This document shows positions 1 to 10,776 of a stretch of 64,000 nt of DNA, piece after piece. Numbering within the stretch: position 1 is the first letter of the stretch; each line of letters starts with the position of its first letter. This DNA is from Aulosira sp. ZfuVER01 (GTDB lineage: Bacteria > Cyanobacteriota > Cyanobacteriia > Cyanobacteriales > Nostocaceae): assembly GCA_034530615.2 (NCBI GenBank), contig JAVRCV020000071.1, forward strand, positions 32,001 through 96,000, read 5' to 3'. The position numbers and the translations under genes are program-made. The notes under the pieces were generated by a model. It saw only the letters and a program-made list of their open reading frames with translations, searched no databases and was not told where the DNA came from.

Positions 1-726
1 TCAATAATTGTTGCTGATGATGTTCACAAATGGTATGGTCAATTCCACGTTCTTCAAGGTGTGAGCCTAACAGTAAATCGCGGTGAAGTAGTAGTTTTGA
101 TGGGCCCATCTGGTTCAGGTAAATCGACATTTATTCGCACATTTAACGCTTTAGAAGAATATCAAAAGGGTAGAATTATTATAGATGGCATTACCCTGAG
201 CCATGATTTGCGAAATATTGACGCAATTCGCAAAGAAGTAGGAATGGTATTTCAACATTTTAATTTATTTCCTCATCTAACAGTGCTGCAAAATATCACT
301 TTGGCACCAATTTGGGTGCGTCGCTGGAAGAAGGCTAAAGCTCAAGAATCCGCAATGCAACTGTTAGAAAGAGTAGGAATTTTAGAACAAGCACACAAAT
401 ATCCGGGACAATTGTCTGGGGGACAGCAACAACGAGTAGCGATCGCTCGTGCTTTAGCTATGCAACCTAAAATTATGCTATTTGATGAACCCACCTCAGC
501 TTTAGACCCGGAGATGGTCAGAGAAGTTTTGGATGTGATGCGAGGTCTTGCCCGTGACGGTATGACAATGGTAGTAGTTACTCATGAAGTGGGATTTGCC
601 CGTGAGGTTGCTGACAGAGTAATTCTGATGGATAGCGGTTCTCTCGTTGAGTCAGGGACGCCAGATTCCTTTTTCAATCAACCACAAGAAGAACGAACCC
701 GCAAGTTCTTATCGCAAATTCTCTAA
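1..726 (+). CDS. Polar amino acid ABC transporter ATP-binding subunit (GlnQ/BgtA-like), 5' end outside window
   Basis: Frame open from base 1 ([13 protein letters not shown]...); Walker A GPSGSGKS, signature LSGGQQQRV, Walker B MLFDEPTS. Confidence 0.93.
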   Translation, partial: SIIVADDVHKWYGQFHVLQGVSLTVNRGEVVVLMGPSGSGKSTFIRTFNALEEYQKGRIIIDGITLSHDLRNIDAIRKEVGMVFQHFNLFPHLTVLQNITLAPIWVRRWKKAKAQESAMQLLERVGILEQAHKYPGQLSGGQQQRVAIARALAMQPKIMLFDEPTSALDPEMVREVLDVMRGLARDGMTMVVVTHEVGFAREVADRVILMDSGSLVESGTPDSFFNQPQEERTRKFLSQIL

Positions 727-1910
727 CTTTTCGCTCCATAACTTCACACCAAGCTTGAGCCAATAATCCGTCTGCATGGTGACTTCATTCCCGCAAAGCA
801 CAAATCATCAATGTAATTGCTTGTCCATCAATCCAACCCCGCTCCACACCTTGCTCAAATTATTGGACTGATATCAGCAGCAATAGGGATTGCGATCGTA
901 CCACCGTCTTCTTTGCAAAATCTTCAAAGGGACGGTGTGGTTTATTGCCCATTATTATGATGCTAGTCTTCGGGGCATTTCTGCAAATTGCAAATACTAT
1001 CGGACTCATATTTGATTTTTGAAAAAATTCAGTACACTTCTACCTCCCTTCTTTCCTGTTTCCTCCCTATCGCGCTTTGCACAAACGCACCACGCAAGTA
1101 ATTTCTCCGAACCAAATCGGATTGCTATATATGCGGTCAATCGATTAAGGAATTAATGTAAGAAAATATGTGAGGAGAATTGAGAGTTACTAAATAAATC
1201 ATTAACAATGCAACACAATAAATTTATATTTATTCACTTTCAAAAAGCTATTATTGATAGTCTAGACAATTTGACCATAGCCAAATCAATAATATTGTGC
1301 TACGGACTTATATGGAATTAAGTCTATATTGTTAAGCTGTAAAAATATTGGTGAATTGTCTTGTGTTTGAACTATCAACTCACTTTTTTAGGATGTTGAT
1401 CGATCAAACGCTTACCTATAAAAAATTTGCATTAAGAAAATCTAAATAAACTATCTAATTTTCTCAGAGATTTCCCTTAATATCTACAGTGTCTAGTATG
1501 TAGTAATTAACCATATTGTTATTCGTGTAATTGCTGTATACTTAAGTTTAAGTCGATAATGGCAATCTTAATATTTTTAGCGAGATAAATTCCTAGCCTG
1601 TATACTTCTGAAAACTTTCTATAAAGTTAATTTGATTCTTCCTTAAAGTATTTTTAACCAAGAGTAAGAGGGATTATACTTAAGTAATCTTACCCTCAAT
1701 AACAATTACAAAATGACTTTATTCACCACAAAAAAATTAAGTAGTAACTACGCATCTCCTGTCAAAGTTTACTCAATCTTCAACGAAAAGTCACTGACAG
1801 AAATAGACTCTACATGGAGAATTAATTAGGGGTGCTTCGTAACGTCAAAAAATCTTGGGAAGAAATATTGTTTTTCAATAAAAAACCAGATAATTCTGAC
1901 TAAATTTGTT

Positions 1911-3182
1911 ATGCGGATTTTGATTTACTCCTACAACTACTATCCAGAGCCAATTGGTATTGCCCCGCTGATGACGGAATTAGCAGAGGGACTGGTTAAA
2001 CGGGGACATCAGGTGCGTGTAGTTACAGCCATGCCTAACTACCCTGAACGTCAAATTTACCAAAGCTATCGAGGCAAGTTTTATCTCACCGAATCCAAAA
2101 ATGGAGTTCAAATTCAACGTAGTTATGTTTGGATTCGCCCACAACCAAACCTGCTCGATCGGATATTGTTAGATGCTAGTTTCGTAGTCACCAGTTTTTT
2201 ACCTGCACTAATAAGCTGGCGACCAGATGTGATTATTTCAACTTCACCATCTCTACCTGTTTGCGTCCCAGCAGCCCTTTTAGGATGGTTGCGTAACTGT
2301 CCTGTGATTTTAAATCTTCAAGATATTTTACCGGAAGCAGCTATTCATGTAGGGTTACTGAAAAACAAATTACTAATCAAGTTATTTACGAAATTAGAAA
2401 AGTTTGCTTATCAAAGTGCTACTAAAATTAGTGTCATTGCTGATGGATTTGTAGAGAATTTGCTAAATAAGGGTGTCCCTTCTCAAAAAATTGTGCAAAT
2501 TCCTAACTGGGTTGATGTGAATTTTATTCGCCCTTTGCCTACAGAAAATAATCAATTTCGTGAAATACACAATCTCAAGGATAAATTTGTAGTTTTATAC
2601 TCCGGGAATATTGCCCTGACCCAAGGGTTGGAAACAGTTATTAAAGCTGCTGCTATGTTACGCCATATTCCAGAGATTGTTTTTGCGATCGCTGGTGAGG
2701 CTAAAGGTTTGCAGAGATTGCAACAGGACTGTCTCAATTACGGTGCAGATAACGTTTTGTTGCTACCATTTCAACCCCGAGAACATTTGCCACAAATGTT
2801 AGCTGCTGCCGATGTGGGTTTAGTTGTGCAAAAGAAAAATGTTGTATCTTTCAATATGCCCTCAAAAATACAAGTACTACTTGCTAGTGGGCGGGCATTA
2901 GTTGCATCTGTACCTGACAATGGGACGGCAGCAAGAGCTATTAGACAAAGTGGTGGCGGGTTTGTTGTTCCTCCTGAAGATCCACAGGCTTTAGCAAATG
3001 CGATTTTCGACTTGTACCAAAATCCAGAGAAAGTCAAAACTCTAGGTTATAAAAGTCGCCAATATGCTGTTGAACAATATGCATTTGAACAAGCTTTAAA
3101 TCAGTATGAGAACTTATGTTACTCTCTCACAGCAGATTCTCAAGTAATTAAATCCACAACTATCTCGAAACAAGAAGTTTAA
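1911..3182 (+). CDS. GT4 glycosyltransferase (WcaI/WbuB-like)
   Basis: N-term MRILIYSYNYYPEPIG, YSGNIALTQG, C-term MPSKIQVLLASGR. Confidence 0.88.
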   Translation: MRILIYSYNYYPEPIGIAPLMTELAEGLVKRGHQVRVVTAMPNYPERQIYQSYRGKFYLTESKNGVQIQRSYVWIRPQPNLLDRILLDASFVVTSFLPALISWRPDVIISTSPSLPVCVPAALLGWLRNCPVILNLQDILPEAAIHVGLLKNKLLIKLFTKLEKFAYQSATKISVIADGFVENLLNKGVPSQKIVQIPNWVDVNFIRPLPTENNQFREIHNLKDKFVVLYSGNIALTQGLETVIKAAAMLRHIPEIVFAIAGEAKGLQRLQQDCLNYGADNVLLLPFQPREHLPQMLAAADVGLVVQKKNVVSFNMPSKIQVLLASGRALVASVPDNGTAARAIRQSGGGFVVPPEDPQALANAIFDLYQNPEKVKTLGYKSRQYAVEQYAFEQALNQYENLCYSLTADSQVIKSTTISKQEV

Positions 3183-3192
3183 CATAGCGACT

Positions 3193-3230
3193 AAAAACCC
3201 CTGTCTGCGCATTAGCAGGCAGGGATATTT
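3193..3230 (+). terminator. Intrinsic terminator-like hairpin
   Basis: CCCTGTCTGC-loop-GCAGGCAGGG just after the stop codon. Confidence 0.55.
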
Positions 3231-3658
3231 CACAATATTTTGACATAGTTCGTATTTATATAGTAAATATCATACATTTGGGTGATAAGTTATACGGCTT
3301 TAGGGGCAGGCTAAAATATTTTTTAAGTTGTATTTTAAATACGTGACAATCTCCGCAATAGTTGCGTTTTGATAAGTATTACTGGATTGATTTACACACC
3401 ATCTCTACCGATAATTAGGTTTTGCTTATAGAGATAAGCTCGATCGACAAGCAACTATTTTTGTCTAGTCAGCGGTAAAGCCAGGTATTTAGCCCATGTA
3501 TTCCTTACCCTGCTTGACTATTGTCCAAGCTACTCACCAATTAACTAACTTAGACGGGCCTGCTTGATTGCTAATTTCTAAATCCAAACAGACGTTTTTT
3601 TTGTTAGTATGCAAAAAAACAGTTTAAACAGCTACAACTTTAAATTTAGTTGTGAGAA

Positions 3659-3676
3659 ATTGTAAAACAATGTAAC
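3659..3676 (-). promoter_or_regulatory. HLR1-type (RpaB) direct repeat upstream of rsfS
   Basis: Minus strand reads GTTACATT-GT-TTTACAAT, matching (G/T)TTACA(T/A)(T/A)-N2-(G/T)TTACA(T/A)(T/A). Confidence 0.5.
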
Positions 3677-3702
3677 GAAAGGCATAAAGCACCTGAGGTT
3701 TA

Positions 3703-4164
3703 ATGTCTGATTATTTCCAAGGAGATTTCCCAATACAATCCGTATCTTTGAAAAAGACTGTGGCCACAAGCCCACAACTCCAAACTGAAGAATCAAGTAG
3801 AAAATTAGCGATAACTGTTGCTGAAGCAGCATCAGACCGCAAAGCAGGAGAGATTTTATTGCTCAGAGTGGCAGATGTATCTTACCTGGCAGATTATTTT
3901 GTGGTGATGACTGGTTATTCTAGGGTACAAGTAAGGGCGATCGCAGAAGCTATTGAAGACAAAGTAGGAACGGAACTGCAACGAAATCCCTTGCGGACAG
4001 CAGGTAAAGCGGAAGGGAGTTGGGTGTTGCAAGACTACGGCGAAGTGATTGTCCACATCATGATGCCCAAGGAGCGGGAGTTTTATAATTTAGAAGCATT
4101 CTGGTCTCATGCAGAACGTCTAGAACTTCCAACATCTGATGACGGCGGGGGTAAGCCAAAATGA
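3703..4164 (+). CDS. rsfS: Ribosome silencing factor (Iojap/RsfS)
   Basis: ADYFVVMTG, WVLQDYGEVIVHIM, REFYNLEAFW motifs. Confidence 0.93.
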   Translation: MSDYFQGDFPIQSVSLKKTVATSPQLQTEESSRKLAITVAEAASDRKAGEILLLRVADVSYLADYFVVMTGYSRVQVRAIAEAIEDKVGTELQRNPLRTAGKAEGSWVLQDYGEVIVHIMMPKEREFYNLEAFWSHAERLELPTSDDGGGKPK

Positions 4165-4661
4165 TCAAATCCTCGGTTTCCAATTGCCCGGTTCCGGCTG
4201 AACAACAACCACTCAATGAGTACGAAGAATTAAAAACTTCTTGGCTGTTTCGTGATTGTGCTTTAAATTGGCGCGAGCATATCACGAAAATGCTATGGAT
4301 TTGGAGTTTATCTTGGGTGGTGGCTGGGCCAGTAGCAGCAGCCAGTTTTCCACCACATAAGCATATTGCCCAATTTATTCTTTGTGGTGCAGCAGGCGCG
4401 AGTATCGGAGTAGTACTGTTGTTAGTACGATTGTACTTAGGCTGGTTCTATGTGAGCGATCGCCTGTTCAGCCCAACAGTATTTTATGAAGAGTCTGGTT
4501 GGTATGACGGACAAACTTGGATCAAACCTGAGGAAGTACTAAACCGCGATCGCTTAATTGCCACCTACGAGATCAAACCGATTCTCCAGCGCTTGCAACT
4601 GACCTTTGCTGGCTTGGCAGGAATGTTGCTTACTGGTAGTATAGTTTGGCATTTGTTGTAA
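4161..4661 (+). CDS. CGLD27/Ycf36 family membrane protein
   Basis: CPVPAEQQPLNEY and YEESGWYDGQTW motifs. Confidence 0.88.
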   Translation: MIKSSVSNCPVPAEQQPLNEYEELKTSWLFRDCALNWREHITKMLWIWSLSWVVAGPVAAASFPPHKHIAQFILCGAAGASIGVVLLLVRLYLGWFYVSDRLFSPTVFYEESGWYDGQTWIKPEEVLNRDRLIATYEIKPILQRLQLTFAGLAGMLLTGSIVWHLL

Positions 4662-4662
4662 A

Positions 4663-4720
4663 TAGTCATGAGTCATTGGTCATTAGTTTTAGACGAATGA
4701 CAAATGACAAATGACAAACA
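4663..4720. repeat. STRR heptamer array
   Basis: (ATGACAA)n and GTCATTG units. Confidence 0.7.
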
Positions 4721-4760
4721 AATAATAAAAAAATAACAAAAAAGTGATAGATTTTAACCC

Positions 4761-5714
4761 ATGACAATGGGAAAACGAACTCAAGCCGCAGCCTTAGAAG
4801 TCAGGTTGCTCAGGGAAGGCATTATTGAATCGAGGCATATAGTCCAAGCTGTTGTATGCGACGAACGGGGACGGGTTTTGTCTGTGGCAGGCAATGCAGA
4901 AACTGCTGCATTTGTGCGTTCAGCACTCAAGCCATTTCAGGCACTAGCAATCACATCCACAGGAACGCTAGAACGTTACGACCTTAGCGATCGAGACTTA
5001 GCAATTATTACCAGTTCCCACAAAGGTAGCATAGAGCAGGTAAGACAGGTATTTAATATCCTGTGGCGGGCCGATCTTGACCCCAGCACCCTCCAATGCC
5101 CAACTCCTGAAGGGAAGCGGAGTCCTCTAGAATACAATTGCTCTGGTAAACACGCGGGAATGTTAGCCGTTTGTCAGCAACGCCACTGGCCTTTGACTAA
5201 CTACTTAGAACGCAAACACCCAGTGCAACAGTTAATTCTCAGCAAGGTAGCAGAGTTGCTGCGAATGCCATCTGAGGAATTTATCAGCGTTCATGACGAC
5301 TGTGGTGCACCAACTTACCTGATGCAAATTGGTCAGATGGCCTCTCTGTACGCTTTGTTAGCCTCTGGTAAGACGTTGGATATGGAACGTATTGTCCGTG
5401 CTATGACTCATCACCCCACAATGGTAGCTGGAGATGGCGAATTTGATACGGAACTCATGCGCTTAACCCCAGGGGAATTGGTAAGTAAAGCTGGTGCTGA
5501 AGGAGTACAGTGCATAGGCAGGCTTGGGGAAGGTATGGGATTGGCAATTAAAGTTATAGATGGGGCCAAGCGAGCAAAATATGCCGTTGCTATTCATTTG
5601 CTCCAGCAGATGGGCTGGATTACTCCCAGCGTGGCAGAAAGCCTAGCTGAGAAGTTTATGATTTTGGGAAAATACAAGCGTTTAGAGGTGATTGGAGAAT
5701 TATCACTTTTGTAG
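4761..5714 (+). CDS. Asparaginase II family protein
   Basis: RSALKPFQA, NCSGKHAGM, SKAGAEG motifs. Confidence 0.9.
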   Translation: MTMGKRTQAAALEVRLLREGIIESRHIVQAVVCDERGRVLSVAGNAETAAFVRSALKPFQALAITSTGTLERYDLSDRDLAIITSSHKGSIEQVRQVFNILWRADLDPSTLQCPTPEGKRSPLEYNCSGKHAGMLAVCQQRHWPLTNYLERKHPVQQLILSKVAELLRMPSEEFISVHDDCGAPTYLMQIGQMASLYALLASGKTLDMERIVRAMTHHPTMVAGDGEFDTELMRLTPGELVSKAGAEGVQCIGRLGEGMGLAIKVIDGAKRAKYAVAIHLLQQMGWITPSVAESLAEKFMILGKYKRLEVIGELSLL

Positions 5715-5763
5715 TTGCCAAATCTTAGACTTTGCGGTTATACTGTAAAGGTAAAGAAAACGA

Positions 5764-5840
<77 letters not shown>

Positions 5841-5856
5841 ACTAGAAGTTAAATCA

Positions 5857-5895
5857 AACCCCTGTAATCTGTGAAGGTTGCAGGGATTTGTTTTA
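5857..5895 (+). terminator. Terminator after tRNA
   Basis: CCCTGTAATC...GGTTGCAGGG stem followed by T-rich run. Confidence 0.6.
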
Positions 5896-6085
5896 TTCTG
5901 GATTAGAAGCCGTCAATTAATTTTGGATTTTGGATTGCCGATTTTTGTGAAGCAGCGTAGTCTTGGTGGTTCCCCCTGTTGTAGTAAGTGGCGTCGGGGC
6001 ATGAATCAGAATAAATTTTAATCTAAAATCTAAAATCTAAAATCTAAAATTGGCATAGTCAAAAAAAGCGCGGAGAGTCATAGTT

Positions 6086-7525
6086 GTGAAGTTACAACGA
6101 CCAATTTTAGTGGGAGGATTGGGACTGTCCTTTTCTCTGTGGATGTTAGACAGTTGGCACGATTCTATAGTCCAAGTCAGTGAGTTTGGTTTATTGAGTG
6201 TCTTGGCAGTGGGTGGTGGATTGTGGTTATTTCAGAAAAATCGCCCAAAAGCTAGTTTAGAACAGCTAGATACCATGCTTGTAGAACGGGCAGATGTGGA
6301 AAGTGCGATCGCCAAAGCAGAAACTGTAATTAACCAACTGGCACAAGAAGCAGAAAACCATCCAGCCATAGGGAACTTACGAGAACAAGTTAACCAATTA
6401 CTCTTAGATTTAGATAAGCAAGAAATTAAACTAGCTGTTACTGGTGGCAAATCGGTGGGTAAAACCACTTTGATTGAAGTTTTGAAGTCTAGCTGGCAAG
6501 CTCAAATCAAGCAAAAAGTCAGCTTACACGAGACAGCACCTTTATTTATCAAAGCTAGTGACAAGTCAGATACAGATGTTTTGGCAGAATTACAAAAATC
6601 TGATTTCGTCTTGTTCCTCACAAACGGTGATTTGACAGATTCAGAATTTCAGACTTTACAGCAGCTAAAAGCCACAAATCAGCCGCTTATGCTGGTTTTC
6701 AACAAACAGGATCAGTATTTACCTGATGAACGCGCTAGCATCTTGCTGTCATTGAAACAACGAATACAGGGAAATTTAGTTGCAACGGCAGCGTCTCCCA
6801 TTCCGATTAAAGTCAGAAAACATGAGGCTGAAGGTACTGTACAAGAGTGGTTGGAACAACCAGCACCAGATATCCAGCCTTTGACGCAGCAGCTGAGTGA
6901 AATTTTAGCCCAGCAAGCACAAAAGTTGGTCTGGGCAACAACCTTGAGAAAAGCTAAATTGCTGAAAGCTGAGGCGAAACACTGGCTAAATGATATCAGA
7001 CGCGATCGCGCTACTCCAGCTATAGAACAATATCAGTGGATTGCGGCGGCGGCGGCCTTTGCTAACCCAGTCCCAGCACTTGATGTTTTAGCAACTGCGG
7101 CAATAAATGCTCAGATGGTAATGGATTTAGGTAATATCTATCAGCAGAAATTTTCCTTGGAACAGGCGCAAACCGTAGCTGGAACAATGGGAAGTTTAAT
7201 GCTGAAACTGGGTTTAGTAGAACTTTCTACAAAAGCTGTTAGTACCATTCTCAAAAGTAACGCCGTCACCTTTGTTGCTGGTGGCGTGGTACAGGGGGTA
7301 AGTGCAGCTTATCTTACCAGAGTAGCTGGGTTGAGTCTAATAGAGTATTTCCAACAACAGGAAATAGCCCTAGATTCTGGCAATAACTTGAATTTGGAGA
7401 AGTTGCGGCAAACTTTACAAAATGTCTTCCAGCAAAATCAGCAGATGGCTTTTCTGCAAGGTTTTGTTAAGCAAGGTGTAAAGCGTTTGTTACCAGAAGT
7501 TGCTGTTGAGAAGGTCGTAGGATAG
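6086..7525 (+). CDS. YcjF/DUF697 family protein with degenerate GTPase-like domain
   Basis: N-terminal TMs, GGKSVGKT P-loop, FNKQD, C-terminal AAAAFANPVPALD. Confidence 0.8.
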   Translation: MKLQRPILVGGLGLSFSLWMLDSWHDSIVQVSEFGLLSVLAVGGGLWLFQKNRPKASLEQLDTMLVERADVESAIAKAETVINQLAQEAENHPAIGNLREQVNQLLLDLDKQEIKLAVTGGKSVGKTTLIEVLKSSWQAQIKQKVSLHETAPLFIKASDKSDTDVLAELQKSDFVLFLTNGDLTDSEFQTLQQLKATNQPLMLVFNKQDQYLPDERASILLSLKQRIQGNLVATAASPIPIKVRKHEAEGTVQEWLEQPAPDIQPLTQQLSEILAQQAQKLVWATTLRKAKLLKAEAKHWLNDIRRDRATPAIEQYQWIAAAAAFANPVPALDVLATAAINAQMVMDLGNIYQQKFSLEQAQTVAGTMGSLMLKLGLVELSTKAVSTILKSNAVTFVAGGVVQGVSAAYLTRVAGLSLIEYFQQQEIALDSGNNLNLEKLRQTLQNVFQQNQQMAFLQGFVKQGVKRLLPEVAVEKVVG

Positions 7526-7687
7526 TTTCGCGCAAAGGCGTAAAGTTATTCTGAGCGTCTTTGCGTGAAAATAATTTTAATAAATGGGTAATAAAAATTG
7601 CATCAAGGTCAACGAAAAGTTTAGGAATATTTTAAACCTTAGTTTTAATCACTAGGTAGGTATTTTAATTAATTATGTATTGATAAA

Positions 7688-8818
7688 ATGAGTTTTCGTT
7701 CTGCTATATTCTCTTTTTTTGCAGGTTCAGGTTTCCTAGATTTAGGTTTTGAAACTAGCGGTTTTAATATTGTTTATGTCAATGAAATATTTTCCCCATT
7801 CATTGCAGCATACCGCTATTCACGGGAAATTCTCAACCTACCATTGCCTGAATACGGATATCATCAGGGCGAAGCAGCAGACGTAAATAAACTTATAGAA
7901 GGATTCCCAGCCAAACGTCTGAGGGAATTAGTGCAAGACTGCCGTAAATCTTATAATGTTGTTGGCTTTATTGGCGGGCCTCCTTGTCCAGATTTTTCAA
8001 TTGGAGGGAAAAATAAAGGACATTTGGGAGACAATGGTAAACTTTCCGCGTCTTATGTCGAATTAATTTGCCGTAATCTACCAGATTTCTTTTTATTTGA
8101 GAATGTAAAGGGTTTGTGGCGAACGAAAAAACATCGTTTATTTTTTGAATCTTTAAAACAACAATTACAAAATACAGGCTATATATTAACAGAAAGATTA
8201 ATTAATGCTATTGAATACGGTGTACCTCAGGATAGAGAAAGAATTATTCTGATTGGCTTCCGCAATATGTTAATTAAGGAAATTAATAATGAGAATTTCA
8301 TACCTGTAAATGTGTTTCCTTGGAACGATTATATTTTATATCCTCAAGAAAAAGTTTTTGCTTACCCTTGGCGACAGTGCGAGCCATTTCAAGAAAATTC
8401 TATAATTCCTTGTCCTGAAAATATTCCTCGAGAACTCACAGTTGAATACTGGTTTAGAAAAAATAGTGTATTGCAACATCCCAACGCTAGACATTATTTT
8501 AAACCAAGAGCAGCTATGACAAAATTTTCCTCAATTGATGAGGGCGATGATTCTAAAAAGTCATTCAAACGCCTGCATAGATGGCGCTACTCTCCAACTG
8601 CTTGTTATGGTAATAATGAAGTACATTTACACCCCTACAAAGTAAGAAGAATTTCGGTAGCGGAAGCTTTAGCAATTCAATCTTTACCTGCAAATTTTGT
8701 ACTCCCAGAAGATATGTCACTCACCAATATGTTTAAAACTATTGGGAATGGAGTGCCATATTTGGCATCAAAGGCATTAGCTCAAACTATTCTTAACTTC
8801 TTAGTAACTGGTAGCTAA
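7688..8818 (+). CDS. Orphan DNA (cytosine-5) methyltransferase, resembling RCCGGY/RCCGGB-type enzymes
   Basis: Motif I FFAGSG, catalytic GPPCPDFS, ENVKG, QDRERI, terminal GNGVP; no adjacent endonuclease. Confidence 0.9.
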   Translation: MSFRSAIFSFFAGSGFLDLGFETSGFNIVYVNEIFSPFIAAYRYSREILNLPLPEYGYHQGEAADVNKLIEGFPAKRLRELVQDCRKSYNVVGFIGGPPCPDFSIGGKNKGHLGDNGKLSASYVELICRNLPDFFLFENVKGLWRTKKHRLFFESLKQQLQNTGYILTERLINAIEYGVPQDRERIILIGFRNMLIKEINNENFIPVNVFPWNDYILYPQEKVFAYPWRQCEPFQENSIIPCPENIPRELTVEYWFRKNSVLQHPNARHYFKPRAAMTKFSSIDEGDDSKKSFKRLHRWRYSPTACYGNNEVHLHPYKVRRISVAEALAIQSLPANFVLPEDMSLTNMFKTIGNGVPYLASKALAQTILNFLVTGS

Positions 8819-9025
8819 AATCCTGTTAAGCGCACTCAAGTTAAAAGTGTCTAATGTTAACTTAAATACGTAAGTGTTTTAGGGCTACCTGCAAAGCTGG
8901 CATCTAAGACCTATTCAGCAGCCTGGTTTTCAGGATAAACTCGTAATAAATGTGGTTTAATATATATATAAGAAATGTTTTAATTTTTTATAAAGATTAA
9001 TAATCAATCATTGGCAAAAGGCACG

Positions 9026-9706
9026 ATGGCAGCAGACTATCCGGACATTGATATTGCGCCATTTATCGATCACGCCCTGTTAACGCCAACGGCTACTCCA
9101 GAGCAGGTTGAGCAATGGTGTGAAGAAGCAGACAGATTTCATTTTGCGGCGGTTTGCCTAAATCCCGCCTATATAAGGCAAGCTACACAACTCCTCCACG
9201 GTAAAAACCCAAAAGTCTGTGCAGTGATTGGCTTTCCTTTAGGGGCTAATACTTCAGCCGTAAAACTTTATGAGGCTCAAGAAGCAGTGGAAAATGGTGC
9301 CACTGAACTGGATGTAGTCATCAACTTGGGCTGGTTGAAAGCTGGCAAAACTGAAGAAGTCCACCGGGAAATTGCTGAAATTTGTGAAGAGACTGGGCAA
9401 TCTGTCAAGGTAATTTTAGAAACGAACTTGTTGACAGATGCGGAAAAGAAACTAGCAGCAGAAATCTCTATGGAAGCAGGAGCCGCATTCTTAAAAACCA
9501 GTACAGGTTGGAATGGGGGCGCTACTGTAGCAGATGTGCGACTTTTAAAGGAGATAGCACGAGAAAGGGTAGGAATTAAGGCCTCAGGTGGTATTCGTAC
9601 TGTTCAGCAAGCACTAGACTTAATCTTGGCGGGTGCTACTAGATTAGGTACATCTCGTAGTGTCGATTTAATCCGCCAGCGCGATAACCTGGAAAAGGTC
9701 GAATAG
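9026..9706 (+). CDS. deoC: Deoxyribose-phosphate aldolase
   Basis: [26 protein letters not shown]. Confidence 0.95.
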   Translation: MAADYPDIDIAPFIDHALLTPTATPEQVEQWCEEADRFHFAAVCLNPAYIRQATQLLHGKNPKVCAVIGFPLGANTSAVKLYEAQEAVENGATELDVVINLGWLKAGKTEEVHREIAEICEETGQSVKVILETNLLTDAEKKLAAEISMEAGAAFLKTSTGWNGGATVADVRLLKEIARERVGIKASGGIRTVQQALDLILAGATRLGTSRSVDLIRQRDNLEKVE

Positions 9707-9781
9707 TCGTTTGTTTTTTGTCATTTTTTGTTTGTTCACACTCAATGGCTAATAACTAATGACCATGATTGATGACTAAAT

Positions 9782-9845
9782 GTATGGGTGGGTTTAACGA
9801 GATATCGCATCTACCCTGAGATTTGCGGGTTTAACCCGCCCTTAC
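9782..9845. repeat. REP-like palindromic dispersed element inside an STRR tract
   Basis: GTATGGGTGGGTTTAA...TTTAACCCGCCCTTAC inverted ends, flanked by TGACTAA units. Confidence 0.55.
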
Positions 9846-9858
9846 GGACTAATGACTA

Positions 9859-10776
9859 ATGACTAGAACTTATCAAGTAACTGGAATCAACCTAAAAACC
9901 CAGGCGCTAGGAGAATCAGATAAAATAGTAACAATTTTGACACGAGAGTTCGGTTTAATCCGAGCAGCTGCTCCTGGGGCACGCAAGCACAATTCTAGCC
10001 TGGGTGGTAGAAGTGGAATGTTTGTAGTCAATGAACTACTGATTGCTAAAGGGCGATCGCTCGATAAAATTACACAAGCACAAACAATCAAAACTTATCC
10101 AGGTCTGACTAAGGATTTAGGAAAATTAGCTGCTAGCCAATATCTAGCAGAGATAGTTCTATGTCAAGCTTTAAGCGAACAACCCCAAGAGGAACTTTAT
10201 GAGCTGCTCAATGAACATCTCAATCGCTTGGAGGCATTATCTAATACCGAAGCGGATATTTTAGCTCATCTTTCTCATGGAGTTTTTCACCTTTTAGCTT
10301 TGGCTGGACTCACACCTCAGGTACAAGTCTGTTGTCTAACACAACGTCCCTTGATACCAAATTTTACAGACCCCCATTGGCAGGTAGGATTTAGCATCTC
10401 TGCTGGTGGAACAGTTTGCTTGGAAACTTGGGCAGAATTGCGACGAGAAAGGGAAAAGGAGAGAAAAATCAATTCTTCCGTTCCGCGATCGCCCCGTTCT
10501 CCCACAACCCCAGCGTCCCCTAGCGCTAGCTACCAAACAGTTGTGCATCAGCAAGAAATACCTGTGATTTCTCAGCGCTTAAATGCTACACAACTTGATA
10601 TACTCCAGCAGCTGTCGCAACCAGAGATAATGCATATTAATGCCGCCAAAGATGATGGCTGGTTATCCGTTGAGCAAATTCTGCGCCAGTATGCTCAGTA
10701 CCATTTGGGTCGTCCAATTCGCTCCGCCACTTTAATTGATTCTTATTTTGCTGCTAACCATGATGCAACCGTCTGA
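9859..10776 (+). CDS. recO: DNA repair protein RecO
   Basis: [21 protein letters not shown], cysteine cluster; conserved deoC-recO context. Confidence 0.92.
   Translation: MTRTYQVTGINLKTQALGESDKIVTILTREFGLIRAAAPGARKHNSSLGGRSGMFVVNELLIAKGRSLDKITQAQTIKTYPGLTKDLGKLAASQYLAEIVLCQALSEQPQEELYELLNEHLNRLEALSNTEADILAHLSHGVFHLLALAGLTPQVQVCCLTQRPLIPNFTDPHWQVGFSISAGGTVCLETWAELRREREKERKINSSVPRSPRSPTTPASPSASYQTVVHQQEIPVISQRLNATQLDILQQLSQPEIMHINAAKDDGWLSVEQILRQYAQYHLGRPIRSATLIDSYFAANHDATV

Noticed and set aside
1021..1910. Long AT-rich spacer containing TCCGGA (DIF-like) at ~1106
   Set aside because: No ORF or clear RNA structure; a single hexamer is not enough to call a heterocyst-specific promoter.
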